From contig LSNL01000003.1 of the NCBI GenBank assembly GCA_003056145.1, positions 73,993 through 137,992 on the forward strand: a stretch of DNA of 64,000 nt, written 5' to 3'. Positions 59,240 to 64,000 of the stretch are shown in pieces. Numbering within the stretch: position 1 is the first letter of the stretch; each line of letters starts with the position of its first letter. The position numbers and the translations under genes were made by a program. The notes beneath the pieces are model-generated. The model made no database searches. It saw only the letters and a list, made by a program, of their open reading frames with translations, and was not told the DNA's origin. The DNA comes from Parcubacteria group bacterium M10-OD1-1. Its GTDB lineage: Bacteria; Patescibacteriota; Minisyncoccia; Moranbacterales; UBA2206.

Positions 59240-59941
59240 ATGAAAAAAATTAAAGTAGCTTGCGTAATTAGTGGAGGGAAGGATGGAATTTTTGGATATT
59301 ATCAATCTGTTAAAAAATATAATGTTGCAGTTTTACTGAATTTAAATGACAACAATAAAGATGTGAGTTTTCATCATTATCAAAAAGAATTAGTCGCATT
59401 GCAAGCCAAAGCGATTGGATTGCCATTAATACAAAAGACAGTAGTTGCTCAATATAGAAATCAAAATCTTTTTGAAGAGCAAATTTTTGATATTTTCTCT
59501 AAACTTAAAAAAGATGGGATTAGAGGTGTAATTCTTGGCTATGTTTTAACAGGTGATTATCAGCATGATTTATTAAAAAGAATTTGTAGTGAATTAGAGA
59601 TAAAACTTATTTTACCAAACTATAAAAGAAATTCGAAAATTGTCTTAACGGAAATCATTGAATCAAATATTGTAGCTATTATTACTTCTGTTATGAAAGG
59701 TAAGATTGCTAGGGAGTGGTTAGGGAAGCCAATTGATAAAAAATTCTTAAAGTATTTAATGAATAAAAAAAATATAGATTTTTGTGGTGACAAAGGAGAA
59801 TTTCACACTTTTGTTGTAGACGCCCCATTTTTTAAAAAGAAAATTTATTTTAATGAAATAGAAAAAAATAAAATACCTCTCAAAGATGATTTTTATGAAT
59901 ATTGTTTGAAAATTAAAAAATATTCTTTTCAGGATAGATAA
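59240..59941 (+). CDS. PP-loop ATP pyrophosphatase of the DUF71/MJ0570 (Dph6-related) family
   Basis: VACVISGGKDG (SGGxD PP-loop) at the N-terminus, about 230 aa. Confidence 0.55.
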   Translation: MKKIKVACVISGGKDGIFGYYQSVKKYNVAVLLNLNDNNKDVSFHHYQKELVALQAKAIGLPLIQKTVVAQYRNQNLFEEQIFDIFSKLKKDGIRGVILGYVLTGDYQHDLLKRICSELEIKLILPNYKRNSKIVLTEIIESNIVAIITSVMKGKIAREWLGKPIDKKFLKYLMNKKNIDFCGDKGEFHTFVVDAPFFKKKIYFNEIEKNKIPLKDDFYEYCLKIKKYSFQDR

Positions 59942-59952
59942 TTTTTAAAAAT

Positions 59953-60675
59953 ATGGAGAATAATAATATTTATATTTTAAATTTAGACTCTTGCAATCAA
60001 AGATGTTTATTCTGTATGAAAGTAGATGATTTGAATAATAATAACCATATTAAAGAATTAGCTGATGTAAAAAAAGAAATATTTAAGGCCAAAGAAAATG
60101 GCTATCAACTAATTGATTTTTTTGGAGGAGAGCCAACTGTTTTTTCTTTTCTTTCTAAATCCATTTCTTTAGCACAGAAGAATGGAATGTTAGTGATGTT
60201 AGCCACTAATGGGGTAAAATTTTCTTCGAAAGAATATGCAACCAATTTTTTTAAAGAAATAGATTCACAAAAGATAACTTTTAGAGTATCAATGCATAGT
60301 CAAAATCACGGAGTACATGATTACATAACTCAATTAAAGGGAAGTCACAAAAGAACAGAAACTGGAATCTTAAACATATTAAATTATGTTGAGAAATTAA
60401 CAGCTAATATTGTGATAACATCTTTAAATTTTAAAGAGTTGAGTAAAATAGTTCAATATTTACATGGTTTAGGAGTGAAAGGTGTAAAGTTCTCTGCTTT
60501 GCAATTGCAAGGGGAGATTCTAAAGAATAAACGATTAATTGTTGATTATAAAGAATTTAGGAAATACCTTTTAGAGGCGGTACTATTGTCAAAAAAATTA
60601 AAATTTAAAAGCATTGAAATTGAGAAAATTAATAAAAGTGAATTGAATAAATTAAATTTTGTAAAGTTTCTATAA
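59953..60675 (+). CDS. Small radical SAM protein (CNNNC-type paralog group, 240 aa, no SPASM)
   Basis: DSCNQRCLFCM, FGGEPT. Confidence 0.8.
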   Translation: MENNNIYILNLDSCNQRCLFCMKVDDLNNNNHIKELADVKKEIFKAKENGYQLIDFFGGEPTVFSFLSKSISLAQKNGMLVMLATNGVKFSSKEYATNFFKEIDSQKITFRVSMHSQNHGVHDYITQLKGSHKRTETGILNILNYVEKLTANIVITSLNFKELSKIVQYLHGLGVKGVKFSALQLQGEILKNKRLIVDYKEFRKYLLEAVLLSKKLKFKSIEIEKINKSELNKLNFVKFL

Positions 60676-60698
60676 CTATTTAAGTCTATAATGAGATT

Positions 60699-61529
60699 AT
60701 GCGACAATACGGATATTTTAACGGTAAAATTATTACTAATGATAAAATTAAAATTAGCCCTTACGATATAGGTTTACTACGTGGTTACGGGGTTTTTGAT
60801 GTAATGCGAACACGGAATGGAAAACCATTTCTTCTGGCTAAACACTGGGAAAGATTACAAAATTCTGCTCAAGAATTAAACTTAAAAATTCCAATTTTAG
60901 AAAAAGAATTTGCTAAAATTATTAGAAAATTATTAGAAAAAAATAAATTTCAGGAGTCAACTATTAGAACGGTTCTAACGGGAGGAGAAAGTTCTAATGG
61001 ATTTTCTTTAGAAGGAAAATTTACCTTTTTTATTTTAATTGAACAGTTTAATTCTCTGCCAAAAAAATATTTAAGAGAGGGTGTAAAAGTGATAACTACT
61101 AATTTTCATCGAAATTTTCCTCAAGCTAAAATAACCAATCATTTATTGGCAATTAAAATGCAAAAAGAAAGAATTAGAAAGAAAGCCTATGAAATTATCT
61201 ATACTTATAAAAACTTGGCTTTGGAAGCGACTACAAGTAATTTATTCATTGTAAGAAATGATAAAATTATTACTGCTAAAGAAGGAATTTTACCTGGAAT
61301 TACTAGGGGGCTCGTGTTAGATTTGGCTAAGAGAGAAGGATTATTAGTAATTGAAAAAAATATTTCAGTCAGAAATTTGTTTTCTGCTCAAGAAGTATTT
61401 TTAACAGCCTCTAGTAAGGATATTCTTCCTGTAAGAGAGATAGATGGTAAAAAGGTGGGCGATGGTCAACCTGGAGAAAAAACCAAAATATTGATAGAAA
61501 CTTTTCAAAAGTTTGTCAAAAATTATTGA
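60699..61529 (+). CDS. Class IV aminotransferase (D-amino-acid / branched-chain / ADC-lyase fold)
   Basis: YGYFNGK...SPYD.GLLRGYGVFD.MR N-terminus typical of fold-type IV PLP enzymes. Confidence 0.7.
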   Translation: MRQYGYFNGKIITNDKIKISPYDIGLLRGYGVFDVMRTRNGKPFLLAKHWERLQNSAQELNLKIPILEKEFAKIIRKLLEKNKFQESTIRTVLTGGESSNGFSLEGKFTFFILIEQFNSLPKKYLREGVKVITTNFHRNFPQAKITNHLLAIKMQKERIRKKAYEIIYTYKNLALEATTSNLFIVRNDKIITAKEGILPGITRGLVLDLAKREGLLVIEKNISVRNLFSAQEVFLTASSKDILPVREIDGKKVGDGQPGEKTKILIETFQKFVKNY

Positions 61530-61576
61530 TTGAATTAAACTAGAAGTTGAGATAGCTAGTAGAAATTAAAATTTAA

Positions 61577-61649
61577 GTCCTCGTAGCTCAGTGGATAGAG
61601 CGTCTGGTTGCGGTCCAGAAGGTCGGAGGTTCGATTCTTCCCGAGGACA
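61577..61649 (+). tRNA. tRNA-Arg, anticodon read as GCG; CCA not encoded
   Basis: Acceptor GTCCTCG/CGAGGAC, D arm GCTCAGTGGATAGAGC, anticodon stem TCTGG/CCAGA with loop TTGCGGT, T arm GGAGGTTCGATTCTTCC. Resembles E. coli tRNA-Arg. Confidence 0.75.
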
Positions 61650-61876
61650 CTAAAAGAGCCTCTATTTAAATAGGGATTTTATATTGGAAAAGAGAAAGTA
61701 GAATTTCCATAAAAACTTTTTTTAAACAAAATCCTGAATAAATCGGTGTGTTTCCGCTTGCTTCTGTTTCGCTTTGGCGAAATCAAAACAGAAAATTTTA
61801 CTTTCCCTCTTAAAAGAAAAAGTCAAAAAAGTTTCTTTGTTTTCTGCTTGGGTAAATGCTTCAATAACTTAATTTG

Positions 61877-62253
61877 AAAAAGAAAAAACGGGAATTACCC
61901 AAGCAGAAAGCTCTTTCGCCCAAAAAACGCAAGATGAGCTTGTAAAAATAGAAACAAAGCTTGACCGTTTGCTTGATTTGCAATTAGAGGGCAATGTGTC
62001 GCAAACGGAATATGCCGTTAAAAAGCAAAGGCTAATTCTTACAAAAAAGGATTTGGAAGAAAAAATTTCCGTTTTTGGGCGAAAGAGCAATAATCGGTTC
62101 GAACTCGCCATTGCCTTTCTAAAAGACGCCAACCAAGCCGAAAAATATGCTCAACAAAAAAATCCCGAAAGGATTCGGGATTTTCTAAAAAAGATTGGTT
62201 CAAACCTTCACATTGTCAATCGCACGCTGGCATACGACCTTAAAAAACCTTGA
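61877..62253 (+). pseudogene. Start-less remnant resembling the C-terminal coiled-coil region of a large serine recombinase or integrase
   Basis: KLDRLLDLQLEGNVSQTEYAVKKQRL...EEKI resembles the recombinase (R)LxDLYxDGxIS..EY pattern. No start codon. Region is GC-richer than its surroundings. Confidence 0.35.
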
Positions 62254-62328
62254 ATTATAACGGAAAAATACCATACCGAGACGCAACGCGCCGAGGCAAC
62301 CTCTTACGATTTTACAAAAATTCAAATT

Positions 62329-62418
62329 TGGCGGAGAGGCAGGGATTCGAACCCTGGAACCCGATTAAAGGTTAACACGTTAGCAGTGTGCCGCTTTCGA
62401 CCACTCAGCCACCTCTCC
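62329..62418 (-). tRNA. tRNA-Ser (anticodon GCU), type II with a long variable arm; CCA encoded
   Basis: Acceptor GGAGAGG/CCTCTCC, D arm GCTGAGTGGTCGAAAGC, loop CTGCTAA, variable-arm stem AACC/GGTT, T arm CAGGGTTCGAATCCCTG. Confidence 0.85.
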
Positions 62419-62574
62419 ATTTTATTAGGAAAACAAGTGTAATTTTCCTTTCTAAATATATCTATTAAGATTAAATTACGATTTTAAAATCGTAACTATT
62501 TAAGTTTAACAGGTTTTTTAAAAAAATCAATAAAACTTTATTTTTTAAAGGATAATTTTGTCGGAAACAAAAAA

Positions 62575-63291
62575 TTAATTTTTAGTTTGCTCTTTTTTGG
62601 CTTTTTTAATTTCAGCTATGACCGCTGCAGTTTCTTTCTTAATTGTTTCCATAGCTATTTTTCTTTTAATATATAGATGCATCAATGAGAAAACTATCAT
62701 ACTAGCAAAGATAATTCCTACTATATTTAGCAAGAATAGAACAAAAGAATTACTAATAATAGCCCAATTAAAATGGGCGATTCCTATTCCCATTAACGCG
62801 AGAGGAGGAATAATAGCTACTGAAATGGCAACTCCTGGTAAGGTTTCGCTTAAATGAGGCTTAATTAAAGCAAAAGAAGCTGCGAAACCAGCTACAATAG
62901 CAATAGCTCCATAAATTAAAGAGGGTTGAATATGAGATATAATTTGAGTGTTAGCCTTAAAATCTGAGGTGAAAAATAAAGTTACTAAAGCTGAAGAAGC
63001 TACACCAAAGGCCATTGATTTTACGATTGTATAGAAAGATCGAGAAATAACTTTGCTATCAGCGATAACTATTCCTAAGGAAAGGCTTAAAATGGGATAA
63101 AGCATCGGAGCAATTAGCATACTACCAATAATAACAGCTGAATTATTAATCAAAAAACCAAAAGTTGCCATTAAAATAGAGAGAACAATCATTAAAAAAA
63201 AGTCTTGACGAGGAGTACTTTCACGAATTAAATTTTCAATAGCATGAGACTTATCTTTCTCGGTTAGATTATTAAATAATACTAAAGTCAT
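62575..63291 (-). CDS. DUF389-family polytopic membrane protein
   Basis: Conserved IIGSMLIAPMLYPIL block typical of DUF389. Confidence 0.55.
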   Translation of the reverse strand: MTLVLFNNLTEKDKSHAIENLIRESTPRQDFFLMIVLSILMATFGFLINNSAVIIGSMLIAPMLYPILSLSLGIVIADSKVISRSFYTIVKSMAFGVASSALVTLFFTSDFKANTQIISHIQPSLIYGAIAIVAGFAASFALIKPHLSETLPGVAISVAIIPPLALMGIGIAHFNWAIISNSFVLFLLNIVGIIFASMIVFSLMHLYIKRKIAMETIKKETAAVIAEIKKAKKEQTKN

Positions 63292-63577
63292 AATTTTTTT
63301 ATAAGATTTAATATTTTCATTATAAAACAGTTATTTTTTTAAAGCAACAAAAGAGGTCATTTAGTAGTTAAATAGATTAACAGGAAATTAAAACTATCAC
63401 TTCAATTGGTCTGATTAAGCTTACTTTGATAGGTGATTTTGTTTTAATTAGTTTAAATTAAAATTTTAAAAATCAGTATAAATAGTTAAGCCTAAAGTAG
63501 CATTTTTAAAAATTTGACAAGTATTCTTTGTCTTGATAGTATATCAATATAATTAGATATAGTTAATACTAATTAAT

Positions 63578-63886
63578 ATGAGTTATGATTGTTGTAGTCG
63601 TTCTAGCCTTAGAGAACTTTCTCAAGTTTCTCTGTTTTTAAAAGCAGTCGCTGATGAAAATCGATTAAAGATTATTTGTTTTCTAAGAAAGCAAGAACGG
63701 TGTGTTTGTGAAATTGTAGAATTTTTGAACTTGCCTCAAAATCTAGTCTCCCATCATTTAGGGGTTCTTAGAGAACGAGAGATAGTTTCTACTAAAAAAG
63801 ATGGGTTAAAGGTACTATACTCTTTAAATGATAAAAATATTTCAAAAACTCTTAAATTTCTTAATTTTTTAATCTCAAAATTATAA
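63578..63886 (+). CDS. ArsR/SmtB-family transcriptional regulator
   Basis: Winged HTH with the CVCEI...LNLPQNLVSHHL recognition helix. Confidence 0.8.
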   Translation: MSYDCCSRSSLRELSQVSLFLKAVADENRLKIICFLRKQERCVCEIVEFLNLPQNLVSHHLGVLREREIVSTKKDGLKVLYSLNDKNISKTLKFLNFLISKL

Positions 63887-64000
63887 TGGAAAAAATAAAT
63901 ATTCAAGTTTTTGGTTCAGGTTGTCCGACTTGTAAAATTCTTTACGAAAAAGTTTCTCAAGTAGCACAACAAATTGATTCGTCGTTAACAGTAGAGTACG
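63886..64000 (+). CDS. Small thioredoxin-fold protein (redox-active disulfide protein 2 type), 3'-truncated by the window edge
   Basis: MEKINIQVFGSGCPTCK... CxxC right after the first beta-strand. Start overlaps the arsR stop (TAATG). Confidence 0.55.
   Translation, partial: MEKINIQVFGSGCPTCKILYEKVSQVAQQIDSSLTVEY

Noticed and set aside
50993-62857. ORFs 50993..51199, 61869..62132, 61969..62253 as called, and 62597..62857
   Set aside because: 50993..51199 and 62597..62857 are alternative-frame or antisense to better-supported genes. 61869..62132 is antisense to the recombinase-like remnant. 61969..62253 is better explained as part of a longer start-less pseudogene frame from about 61877.

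Overview
The window is AT-rich (roughly 30% GC by eye), densely packed and almost entirely coding. Its gene content resembles a small-genome bacterium, possibly a CPR/Parcubacteria-like lineage, but that placement is inference only.

Housekeeping content:
- HypD (partial), HypE, and a divergent truncated HypF-like gene.
- recO, tgt, a U32 peptidase, glyQS, pepA, an M16 peptidase, rsmI, metG and tatD.
- A complete F1Fo ATP synthase operon: atpZ-B-E-F-H-A-G-D-C.
- A GGDEF protein, leuS, tsaD, an Hsp20, a VanW-domain protein, a LysM/L,D-transpeptidase, recG, and a lipid/glycolipid-looking locus.
- Three tRNAs: Glu-UUC, Arg-GCG and Ser-GCU.

The most striking region is an ~18.4 kb plus-strand block at 43138-61529, which I read as a previously undescribed peptide-maturation (RiPP-like) system. 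It contains:
- Eight radical-SAM proteins: four of a CNNNCxFC/GGEPT paralog type and four SPASM-type arranged in two pairs.
- An E. coli-type YcaO.
- An A24-like aspartic-peptidase membrane protein and an Lnt-like CN-hydrolase.
- A DUF71/Dph6-like PP-loop ATPase and a class IV aminotransferase.
- Secreted Cys-rich proteins.
- A 96-aa peptide whose C-terminus is seven perfect Ser-His-Gly repeats flanked by Cys, sitting directly after one SPASM pair. This resembles the His-Xaa-Ser (Hxs) rSAM system described from comparative genomics, in a much more elaborate context.

Other notable observations:
- LeuRS lacks the CP1 editing domain but carries an inserted, canonical Nudix box.
- A perfect 64-bp duplication of the U32 gene start flanks a 720-bp insert.
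- An ECF sigma factor is broken across three frames.
- A higher-GC orphan gene islet lies at ~8.6-9.5 kb.
- A decayed integrase-like remnant sits between convergent tRNA-Arg and tRNA-Ser.
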